Shown here: in pieces, positions 52,716 to 60,225 of the stretch
Numbering within the stretch: the first letter of the stretch is position 1
Layout of the letters: each line of letters begins with the position of its first letter
NCBI GenBank assembly: GCA_964602865.1
Contig: CAZRSX010000001.1
Coordinates: 153,986 to 217,985 of the forward strand
Length of the DNA: 64,000 nucleotides
Direction: 5' to 3'
Source: an uncultured Candidatus Saccharibacteria bacterium
GTDB lineage: Bacteria > Patescibacteriota > Saccharimonadia > Saccharimonadales > JAGQNJ01
Notes under the pieces: model-generated
Database searches by the model: none
Seen by the model: the letters and a program-made list of their open reading frames with translations, nothing else
What the model was told of the DNA's origin: nothing
Position numbers and translations under genes: made by a program

Positions 52716-54512
52716 ATGAGTCAAGACCATATTCGGAATTTTTGCATTATTGCCCATATTGATCATGGCAAAAGTACCCTTGCTGACCGTTTGCTCGAGA
52801 TAACCGGCACAGTCCAGCAGCGCGATATGAAAGCCCAACTGCTTGATAAAATGGACCTGGAACGCGAAAAAGGCATCACCATCAAACTCGCCCCAGTCAG
52901 GATGGAGCATGATGGGCATCAGCTCAATCTGATTGATACGCCGGGCCACGTCGATTTTAGCTATGAAGTGTCACGCAGTCTGCAAGCCTGCGAAGGTGCA
53001 TTGCTGGTAGTTGATGCCAGCCAAGGCATTCAGGCGCAAACGCTGGCCAATGTCTACTTGGCGATGGAACAAGACCTCACGATTATTCCGGTGCTCAATA
53101 AAATTGACTTACCGGCGGCCGACGTGGAGCGTGTCAGTGCCGAAGTCATTGAACTGCTGGGCTGCAAAAAAGAAGACATCCTGCACATCAGTGCAAAAAC
53201 AGGGCAGGGCGTCGACAAAGTGTTGGAACGAATAATTTTAGATATACCTTCACCGCAAATTGGGCAGCAGGGCAAGGCGGTGCGTGACCCAGAAACGAGG
53301 GCGCTCATTTTTGACAGTTACTACGACGATTACCGCGGTGTTATTCTGTATGTCCGGCTCGTTGACGGCGCCATCAACAAAAACAGCGCGATTCACATGA
53401 TGGCCACAGGCACAGACGGCATCGCACTGGAAGTCGGTGCGCTGACGCCCAGCATGAGCCCACTTGCCAAATTAGGCAGCGGCGAAATCGGCTATGTTGT
53501 CACCAACCTCAAGTCCACCCGCGAAGCTCGCGTTGGCGATACCGTTACCCTCGTAGCCCACAAAGCCCAACAAGCACTACCGGGCTACAAAGATGTCAAG
53601 CCATTTGTCTACGCCGGCTTTTTCCCCCAGAGTAACGAAGAATACAACTTACTCAAAGAGGCCATCGAAAAACTGTCGCTGTCTGACTCGGCCTTGCAGT
53701 TCGAGCCGGAAAGCTCGCCGGTGCTTGGTTTTGGTATGCGGGTAGGTTTTTTGGGGCTGCTGCATATGGACATTGTCCGCGAGCGGCTGGAGCGCGAGTA
53801 CGACCTTGGCCTGATCGTGACCAACCCATCGACCGATTACCACGTGGTGCTCACCAGCGGCGAGGAGCTGGACATTCGCTCGGCCAGCGACCTGCCTGAT
53901 GTCGCGCAGATTCAGGAAATCAAAGAGCCGTGGATTGTCGGCGAAATCGTCGTGCCCAAAGCATACGTCGGCGCCGTACTCCAGCTGATTACCAGCAAGC
54001 GCGGACTGCAAAAAAATCTGTCGTACGTTGACGAGCTCACTGTTGTCACGTTTGAAGCGCCACTGGCGAACCTGCTGACAGATTTTTACGACCAACTCAA
54101 AAGCGTGACGTCCGGCTACGGCTCGTTCAACTACGAACTGGCAGATTATCGGACGGAAGATTTAGTACGCATAGATTTTTACGTGGCTGGCGAAATAGTC
54201 GAAGCACTGAGCGTCATGGCGCACCGCAGCGAAGCTCAAAGTCTAGGCCGCGAGGTGGTCGGCAAGCTCAAGGAAGTCATCCCGCGCCAAAACTTTAAGG
54301 TGGCGCTCCAAGCGGCGATTGGCGGCAAGTTTATTGCCCGCGAAGACCTCAGCGGCTACCGCAAAGATGTGACGGCCAAACTCTACGGCGGCGATGTCAC
54401 ACGCCGCAAAAAACTGCTCGAAAAGCAAAAAAAGGGCAAAGCTCGCATGAAACGCTTCGGCCAGGTCGATATCCCCGCCGAAGCCTTCACCGTGATGCTT
54501 AAAAGAGACTAG
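52716..54512 (+). CDS. lepA: translation elongation factor 4 (LepA)
   Basis: IRNFCIIAHIDHGKSTLADRLL, DTPGHVDF, NKIDLP, and a LepA-specific C-terminal domain. Confidence 0.95.
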   Translation: MSQDHIRNFCIIAHIDHGKSTLADRLLEITGTVQQRDMKAQLLDKMDLEREKGITIKLAPVRMEHDGHQLNLIDTPGHVDFSYEVSRSLQACEGALLVVDASQGIQAQTLANVYLAMEQDLTIIPVLNKIDLPAADVERVSAEVIELLGCKKEDILHISAKTGQGVDKVLERIILDIPSPQIGQQGKAVRDPETRALIFDSYYDDYRGVILYVRLVDGAINKNSAIHMMATGTDGIALEVGALTPSMSPLAKLGSGEIGYVVTNLKSTREARVGDTVTLVAHKAQQALPGYKDVKPFVYAGFFPQSNEEYNLLKEAIEKLSLSDSALQFEPESSPVLGFGMRVGFLGLLHMDIVRERLEREYDLGLIVTNPSTDYHVVLTSGEELDIRSASDLPDVAQIQEIKEPWIVGEIVVPKAYVGAVLQLITSKRGLQKNLSYVDELTVVTFEAPLANLLTDFYDQLKSVTSGYGSFNYELADYRTEDLVRIDFYVAGEIVEALSVMAHRSEAQSLGREVVGKLKEVIPRQNFKVALQAAIGGKFIAREDLSGYRKDVTAKLYGGDVTRRKKLLEKQKKGKARMKRFGQVDIPAEAFTVMLKRD

Positions 54513-54530
54513 TCAGACCATATTTTCTCA

Positions 54531-54555
54531 TTTTCCAAGGAGTATCCTTGGAAAA
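54531..54555 (+). terminator. hairpin after lepA
   Basis: TTTTCCAAGG-agtat-CCTTGGAAAA is a perfect 10-bp stem. Two further hairpins follow, at 54555-54570 and 54585-54600. Confidence 0.65.
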
Positions 54556-54652
54556 CACCACATATGGTGTCGGTACGCTATATATAGTGTAGCAACACTA
54601 CCTATAGCGTCGGAAACCACCCAAACTTTTCCACACCTCGCAACCCACACAC

Positions 54653-54682
54653 TTGCAATCCACTCAGGGGGGGGGGTACACT
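54653..54682 (+). promoter_or_regulatory. candidate promoter TTGCAA-18-TACACT with a G10 tract inside the spacer
   Basis: -35 at 54653-54658, G10 at 54667-54676, -10 at 54677-54682. The downstream 12-mer TAACCACAAGAG (54689) recurs at a similar offset from the promoter of the next surface gene (56724). Confidence 0.45.
54667..54676 (+). repeat. G10 homopolymer
   Basis: Counted directly. I saw no other G or C run of comparable length in the window. Confidence 0.95.
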
Positions 54683-54751
54683 TATAGGTAACCACAAGAG
54701 TAATGGAGTATAATCAACAAAAAGGGAAGCAGAGAGAGGAAAAGACACACA

Positions 54752-56637
54752 ATGTTTACTATACATATCAAACAACTACTACAACCAAACCGCCTATTCA
54801 ATGGAGCATTAGCCCTCCTCTTCCTCATAGCCACTATCCTCACCCTCATCCCAGCCCAACCAGCTCAGGCCGTTAATGTACCCATTACTATCCCGGATAC
54901 ACCGGTAGCTGATTTCCCGACCACTAGTGGTTTTGCCGGTGCCATCCTCCCCGCTCCTGACGGCTCAGTCTATGTCGGCGGTAACTTCACCGAAATCGGC
55001 GGTGTAGCCCGTAGTCGTCTGGCTCGTATCTTGCCAGACAACACCGTAGACCCAAATTTTGACCCGGATATTTCTGGCGAGTCGTGGAGTAATATATATG
55101 AACTCGCTCTTAGCCCTGACGGCCAAACGCTTTATGCTGGTGGCACCTTCGATACTGTTAACGGTGATATTGCTCGCGGAAGCTTGGCTGCTTTTAACGC
55201 AGAAACAGGTGTGGTGACAGACTTTAATCCTCTTGGAGGCGGTTATGTATATGCCATGACTCTATCTAGTGATGGAAACATTTTATATGTTGGTGGTGAC
55301 ATCAGCAAAGACGGGAGAAGCGTATTATTTGCACTCAACACCGCAACAGGAGCGATAGTACCCGGCTTTGAACCAGCCATTGATAGTATATGTGTCATGA
55401 ACTCTAGTTGTACAGAAGCCCTTGCTCTTAGCCCTGACGGCCAAACGCTTTATGCTGGTGGCACCTTCACGACATTAACTGTTCCTGCTAAAAAAATCTA
55501 GTAGCCTTCAATGCCAATACGGGCGCTGTTACTGATTTTAGCCCTAACGTAGAGACCGGACAAGGTATATATGTTTCTAGCCTTACCCTTACTAACGACG
55601 GTCAAACTCTCTACGCTGGTGGCACCTTCACCACCGTCAACGGCGATACCCCCAGAAACGGCCTAGCAGCTTTTGATACCTCCACCGGCACCGCTACGAG
55701 TTTTGATCCCAATATAAACGGTGCCAGCGCCCTGGCTGTCACTAGTGATGGTAACATTCTCTACGTCGGTGGCTGGTTTACCACCGTCAACGGTGACGTA
55801 GCTCGCAACGGCTTCGCTGCCTTCGATACCACCACTGGCATCGTTACTGATTTCAATCCTAACACGGACGATGGTACCTACATCCTCGCCCTCTCCCCCG
55901 ACAACCAAACTCTCTACGCCGGCGGCGCCTTCACCACCGTAGGCGGCCAGTCCCGACCACACCTCGCCGTCTTCCAAGCTGAGAACACCGCCCCCAACCA
56001 AGACCTCGACAATGACAACATCCCCAACCAACAAGAACAACAAGGCCCCAACAACGGCGATGCCAACAATGATGGTACACCCGACTACCAACAATCCCAC
56101 GTCGCCTCTCTCATCAACCCCGCCACCAACCAGTACGCCGTCCTGGAAGCCAATGAACACTGCTCCATCACCGAACTTGCCCTTACTCCCGAGTCTGCCA
56201 ATACCGCCTCAGATTCTAGCTATGACTACCCCCTAGGCCTAATGGACTTCACCATAGACTGCCAAGACAACGGCTTCACCACTACCATTACCCAATACTA
56301 CTACCATGCCCCCCAAGACCAGACCTACACCCTCAGAAAGTACAACCCTACCACCCAGACCTACACCACCATCACTGATGCCAGCATTGCCCACGAAACC
56401 ATCGACAACCACCCTGTCACCATGGCCACCTACAGCATCACTGACGGCGGCCCGCTGGATCTAGACGGAGAAGCCAATGGTATCATCGTAGACCCGGCTG
56501 GGCTTGGTACCACTGCAGATAGCAGCACCAACACCGGACTGGCAGACACCGGTATGAACCCCATGTACCTGCTTGTAGCCAGCGTCACCTTAGTCAGCAC
56601 TGGCTTTGTACTCAGCAGACGAGTACGCTACCTATAG
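54752..56637 (+). CDS. LAxTG-anchored beta-propeller surface protein, interrupted by a 1-nt frameshift at an A7 tract
   Basis: Signal peptide (LIPAQPAQA). There are repeated blades (...LSPDGQTLYAGGTFTTVNGD..R..LAAF...TG..T.F.P), a DNDN/NNDG Ca-binding-like region, and an Ig-like domain. The C-terminus carries LADTG, a hydrophobic helix and RRVRYL. The first frame stops at 55501, and the rest continues open from 55498 in the -1 frame relative to the first part (a -1 slip or one added A joins them). Confidence 0.7.
55490..55496 (+). repeat. A7 homopolymer at the frameshift site
   Basis: The sequence is GCT AAA AAA ATC TAG TAG. One extra A, or a -1 slip, gives ...PAKKNLVAFNANTG..., which restores the blade consensus. 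Confidence 0.9.
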
Positions 56638-56683
56638 CGTCGGTACACCATATGTGGTGCGGTTATTGTTGGGAGACAGCGGT

Positions 56684-56713
56684 TTGACTGATCTGCGTGC
56701 GGCTTGCTATACT
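56684..56713 (+). promoter_or_regulatory. promoter TTGACT-18-TATACT of the second surface gene
   Basis: -35 at 56684-56689 and -10 at 56708-56713. The shared 12-mer TAACCACAAGAG and an AAGAGGA SD follow. Confidence 0.5.
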
Positions 56714-56749
56714 AAAAACTAGCTAACCACAAGAGGAAATAAAACAAAC

Positions 56750-57754
56750 ATGGATCCGTGCATTTTAGCAGACACCGGTGTCAACCAAACGATACTTCTA
56801 GCCATCGGTAGCATATTGTTATGTGCGGCTGTCGGCTTTTTATATCTGCAGAAACGCTTTGGTATCAAAAGCCTTGTTTTGCTTTTTGCTATGTTTGGCT
56901 TGACACTTTTTGCCGCTTTACCTGCAACAAGCTACGCGCAAACTGCCGGAGATTGCCCGCCAGCAGCTCAAGACGAAGATAGCGGCAGTTCGCCGCAGGT
57001 GCTGAGTCTTGTGAATGACCAAGGAGTGCTACAACGCCCAAGTGGCGGTGATGGAGGTTCCCCGCAGACCTACCTCCATCTTGCTATTCTTGCCAATGAC
57101 AATGCACTGGCCGGTGACCCTATCGACTGGACGACCATCGATCTCGACCCGAACACGGCTGGCCAGCAAACCAGCCTAAGCCTCACTCACCCGAGCGACG
57201 CGACCTATAGTTGTGGCAGCATCACCGTAAGCAGCTTTGGTATTCTGGAGATTAGCCTGAACATCCGCTGTTACAATGAGTCCTTTGATGAACTGACCAT
57301 TCCTGGCGACTACGCCATTCCGCCGTTTACCTACACCGCTCAGACGCTTGGCGGCAATCCGGCGCCAGCACCGGCTACGGTGACTATCCTGGTTGTAGCA
57401 GAGCCGGAACCGGGCGTTGTCTTTGCTCAAGATGATCAGGAATCTGCGGGTGGTGGTTGTTCGTTTGAGGGCTTTACACTGAACTTGGTGGCTAACGACT
57501 CGACAACGACCGGCACCATAGACCCGACAACCGTTGACCTAAACCCCGGACTGCCCGGCCTGCAAAAAACCGTCACCCTAGACTACCAAGCGTCAGTGTT
57601 CCAAGCCAGTGTAGACAACAGCGGCGTCGTCACCGTGACGCGACTGAGCGGCATTGATGCCGATCCGCCAACCTTTTACTACACCGTGCAAAACACCAAT
57701 GGTGATGTCTCGAACGTTGCCACGATTCTCTACGAATGCATGGTATGGTCATAG
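56750..57754 (+). CDS. secreted protein with two cadherin/VCBS-like modules and an N-terminal sorting-signal-like segment
   Basis: The N-terminus MDPCILADTGVNQTILLAIGSILLCAAVGFLYLQKR is followed by a signal-peptide-like LVLLFAMFGLTLFAALPATSYAQT. Two modules are related (ILANDNALAGDPIDWTTIDLDP and LVANDSTTTGTIDPTTVDLNP). Confidence 0.5.
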   Translation: MDPCILADTGVNQTILLAIGSILLCAAVGFLYLQKRFGIKSLVLLFAMFGLTLFAALPATSYAQTAGDCPPAAQDEDSGSSPQVLSLVNDQGVLQRPSGGDGGSPQTYLHLAILANDNALAGDPIDWTTIDLDPNTAGQQTSLSLTHPSDATYSCGSITVSSFGILEISLNIRCYNESFDELTIPGDYAIPPFTYTAQTLGGNPAPAPATVTILVVAEPEPGVVFAQDDQESAGGGCSFEGFTLNLVANDSTTTGTIDPTTVDLNPGLPGLQKTVTLDYQASVFQASVDNSGVVTVTRLSGIDADPPTFYYTVQNTNGDVSNVATILYECMVWS

Positions 57755-57772
57755 AATAGAGTCTAAACGTTC

Positions 57773-58240
57773 TTAAGAAGCCGTTTGCAGTCGTTTGAGT
57801 TCGCTTAGTACTTGCTCGCCGTGTCCAAGCGGCGTGACGCGGCCGTAGGTTTTCTTGATTTCACCCTGCGGGCTGATGATAAACGTCTTGCGTAAAATTC
57901 CCTCGCGGCCAAACATCTTTTTGCCCCACGCGCCGTAGGCTTCGATGGTTGTGCCGTCCGGGTCAGATAGCAGTGTGAAGTTGAGCTGGTGTTTGGCTTT
58001 GAACTTGCGGTGGCTATCCGCATCGTCTTTGCTAATACCAACCACCTGAGCACCAGCGGCAATCAGCTCGTCGTTGGCATCACGTAAACTGCAGGCCTCA
58101 ACCGTGCAGCCGGGCGTGTCATCTTTGGGGTAAAAATACAGCACCAGCCATGCCCCGGCAAAATCTTGCAGGGTTTTGGTCTTGCCGTCTTGGTCTTTGA
58201 GCGTAAAATCCGGCGCTTTATGCATCATGGCCGGTTTCAC
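57773..58240 (-). CDS. bcp: peroxiredoxin, Bcp/PrxQ type
   Basis: FYPKDDTPGCTVEAC is the peroxidatic Cys context. The GTG start at 58240 overlaps the upstream gene; an alternative ATG lies at 58228. Confidence 0.85.
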   Translation of the reverse strand: MKPAMMHKAPDFTLKDQDGKTKTLQDFAGAWLVLYFYPKDDTPGCTVEACSLRDANDELIAAGAQVVGISKDDADSHRKFKAKHQLNFTLLSDPDGTTIEAYGAWGKKMFGREGILRKTFIISPQGEIKKTYGRVTPLGHGEQVLSELKRLQTAS

Positions 58241-58862
58241 TCATTGCTCGTTCAAGTAATGCAGAGAAAATTGAGTCTGTCACTTCATCGGGGGTTTGAG
58301 TGCCGTCGATGCCAACCAACAGCCCTTTGTCTCGGTAATAGTCAATGACAGGGACGGTTTTGTTGCGAAACTCCTCAAGGCGGACTTCCAACGCTTCGGC
58401 TGCGTCATCTTCGCGTTCACCTCGATCCTTGAGCTCCTGAGCAGCTTGCCAACGTTTCTGAATTTCTGTTTCGGGTAGGTCAAGAAAAATCACCGCTTTT
58501 TGAGGATGGCCGCTCCGAATAGCAGCATCCATTATGACTTGATCTTCACCAATCCACCGGCCAACTGAACTTAGAATGATTGGCCTATCTGCAAATTCTG
58601 TTTTGCTCAAAAACGGAGTAACTGTCGCAAGATAGGCATCGGTTGGCGCAAGTTTCCCGCCAGCAATCGCTGCTTTTAGCTTTTCGTCGTTTCCGCTGCG
58701 AATAATGTCGCCACCACCGATAAGCGGCGCGTTAAAAAACTCGGCTAGGCGCTTCCCTTGGGTATCTTTACCTGCCCACGGTGTGCCAAAAATATTGATT
58801 GAACCTGTCCCCAACCATTTCTTTAGTGTTGCGACCCGAGTTTCACTGAGGTTTATTGCCAT
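58218..58862 (-). CDS. adenylate-kinase-like nucleoside monophosphate kinase
   Basis: The P-loop variant INIFGTPWAGKDTQGKRLA and the C-terminal pattern RLEEFRNKTVPVIDYYRDKGLLVGIDGTQTPDEV are collinear with Adk. The ATG at 58862 lies 7 nt downstream of TATAAT. Confidence 0.6.
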   Translation of the reverse strand: MAINLSETRVATLKKWLGTGSINIFGTPWAGKDTQGKRLAEFFNAPLIGGGDIIRSGNDEKLKAAIAGGKLAPTDAYLATVTPFLSKTEFADRPIILSSVGRWIGEDQVIMDAAIRSGHPQKAVIFLDLPETEIQKRWQAAQELKDRGEREDDAAEALEVRLEEFRNKTVPVIDYYRDKGLLVGIDGTQTPDEVTDSIFSALLERAMSETGHDA

Positions 58863-58957
58863 GCGACAGATTATACAGAGGATTGGGTCTAGCACAAGTG
58901 TTTACAGATAAGGCTTACGCTTGCAAAATCTAATTCTTAGAGTACTATCGTAATAAT

Positions 58958-59383
58958 ATGAGCTTTCACCCAGAACTGTGGATACCAGAACCGCGAACGG
59001 ATTTGACGAGAGCACAAGCGTTTTCGCGCGCGTTTGTTCGCCTTGCTGCTGAAACAAGACTCAGGCATGTGAAACAAGACTTTTCTACGCGTGCCGGAGA
59101 AAGGTCTATGGTTTGGGGTCGTTTTAGCGACGGCAAACTCGAAGCAGAAATTATTACACGCGGGGGAGTAATGGCCGGGACTTCGTATGAACAGGTTGAT
59201 TTGATTGTTGAACGGGGTGAATGGGGTGAGGTTGCTGACGTATCAGCGACGAGGATGGTTGGCGAAGAAGATCGTGAACCAGAACTCTATGAGAACTTCG
59301 GTCTTTATGATCCGGCGAGTACGTTAAGTTGTTTGCGGGTCATGAGGGCGATTGGCCTAGTATCCAAAGTAGCAAAATCATAA
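58958..59383 (+). CDS. hypothetical protein (141 aa)
   Basis: ORF only. It ends 1 nt before the CIRCE element. Confidence 0.4.
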   Translation: MSFHPELWIPEPRTDLTRAQAFSRAFVRLAAETRLRHVKQDFSTRAGERSMVWGRFSDGKLEAEIITRGGVMAGTSYEQVDLIVERGEWGEVADVSATRMVGEEDREPELYENFGLYDPASTLSCLRVMRAIGLVSKVAKS

Positions 59384-59384
59384 A

Positions 59385-59411
59385 TTAGCACTCTTGACTC
59401 GTGAGTGCTAA
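59385..59411 (+). promoter_or_regulatory. CIRCE operator (HrcA binding site)
   Basis: TTAGCACTC-N9-GAGTGCTAA is a perfect consensus inverted repeat. The N9 spacer contains a TTGACT -35 (59394-59399), with TATACT at 59418-59423. Confidence 0.9.
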
Positions 59412-59432
59412 TTTAGTTATACTTGGCACTGT

Positions 59433-60149
59433 ATGACGGACAGTGCTATTTTGACCCCAAGACAAGAAAAACTGCTCGAGGCAATCGTCGAGCAGTACGC
59501 CGAAGTTGCCGCTCCGGTGGGTAGTAGTTTGCTGGCCAAAGTTTTTGGTGTGAGTTCGGCAACCATCCGTGCCGAAATGGTCGAGCTGGAGCGCCAGGGC
59601 TATATCAAGCAGCCCCATACCAGCGCCGGCCGCATTCCGACCGACAAGGGTTACCGCTACTATGTGAATCGCGTTCAGCAGGAACCGGCCACAGAAAACA
59701 GCCGGGGCAACCGTGCATTATCGGCACGCGTATCTGATGGCGGCCTGCCAGAGCAGACTATCCGTAACGCCGTTGATACGCTGGTAGAGTTGACCCATAA
59801 CCTGGGTTTGGCGACTATTGGGCCGCAGCTGTATATGAGCGGTTTGTCTAATTTGTTTGGTCAACCGGAATTTATGAACAAAGGCCAGGTCCAGGAGGTT
59901 GCGAGGCTTCTGGACAATCTGGAGCCATGGCTGCGTGAGGCCGCGCCAAACGAGCCGCTTAATGTCTACATTGGCCGCGAAAATCCGATTGGAGCGAGTG
60001 CTGGTTGCAGCCTGATAATTAGCCGTTTCCGCAGTCCATATTCTGACCATAGTTACATTGGTATACTTGGTCCGACCCGGCAAAGCTACCGCGGCACGAT
60101 TAACCTGGTGGAGCGCGCCGGCAAAGAATTGGAGGAGGTATTGCTATGA
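59433..60149 (+). CDS. hrcA: heat-inducible transcription repressor HrcA (short, 238 aa)
   Basis: The N-terminal wHTH is LTPRQEKLLEAIVEQYAEVAAPVGSSLLAKVFGVSSATIRAEMVELERQGYIKQPHTSAGRIPTDKGYRYYV. A CIRCE lies directly upstream. Confidence 0.85.
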   Translation: MTDSAILTPRQEKLLEAIVEQYAEVAAPVGSSLLAKVFGVSSATIRAEMVELERQGYIKQPHTSAGRIPTDKGYRYYVNRVQQEPATENSRGNRALSARVSDGGLPEQTIRNAVDTLVELTHNLGLATIGPQLYMSGLSNLFGQPEFMNKGQVQEVARLLDNLEPWLREAAPNEPLNVYIGRENPIGASAGCSLIISRFRSPYSDHSYIGILGPTRQSYRGTINLVERAGKELEEVLL

Positions 60150-60225
60150 GCATAACTGTTCTGTTGGAGTTCGTTATTTTTATCGGAGATGTCGTTGAAA
60201 AATTCAAGCAAAGAAGGCAAAGAGC

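Noticed and set aside
55663-56160. 165-aa Gly/Val-rich minus-strand ORF
   Set aside because: It is antisense to the open continuation of the propeller/LAxTG gene. Its low-complexity composition mirrors the sense-strand T/N/P/D-rich repeats.
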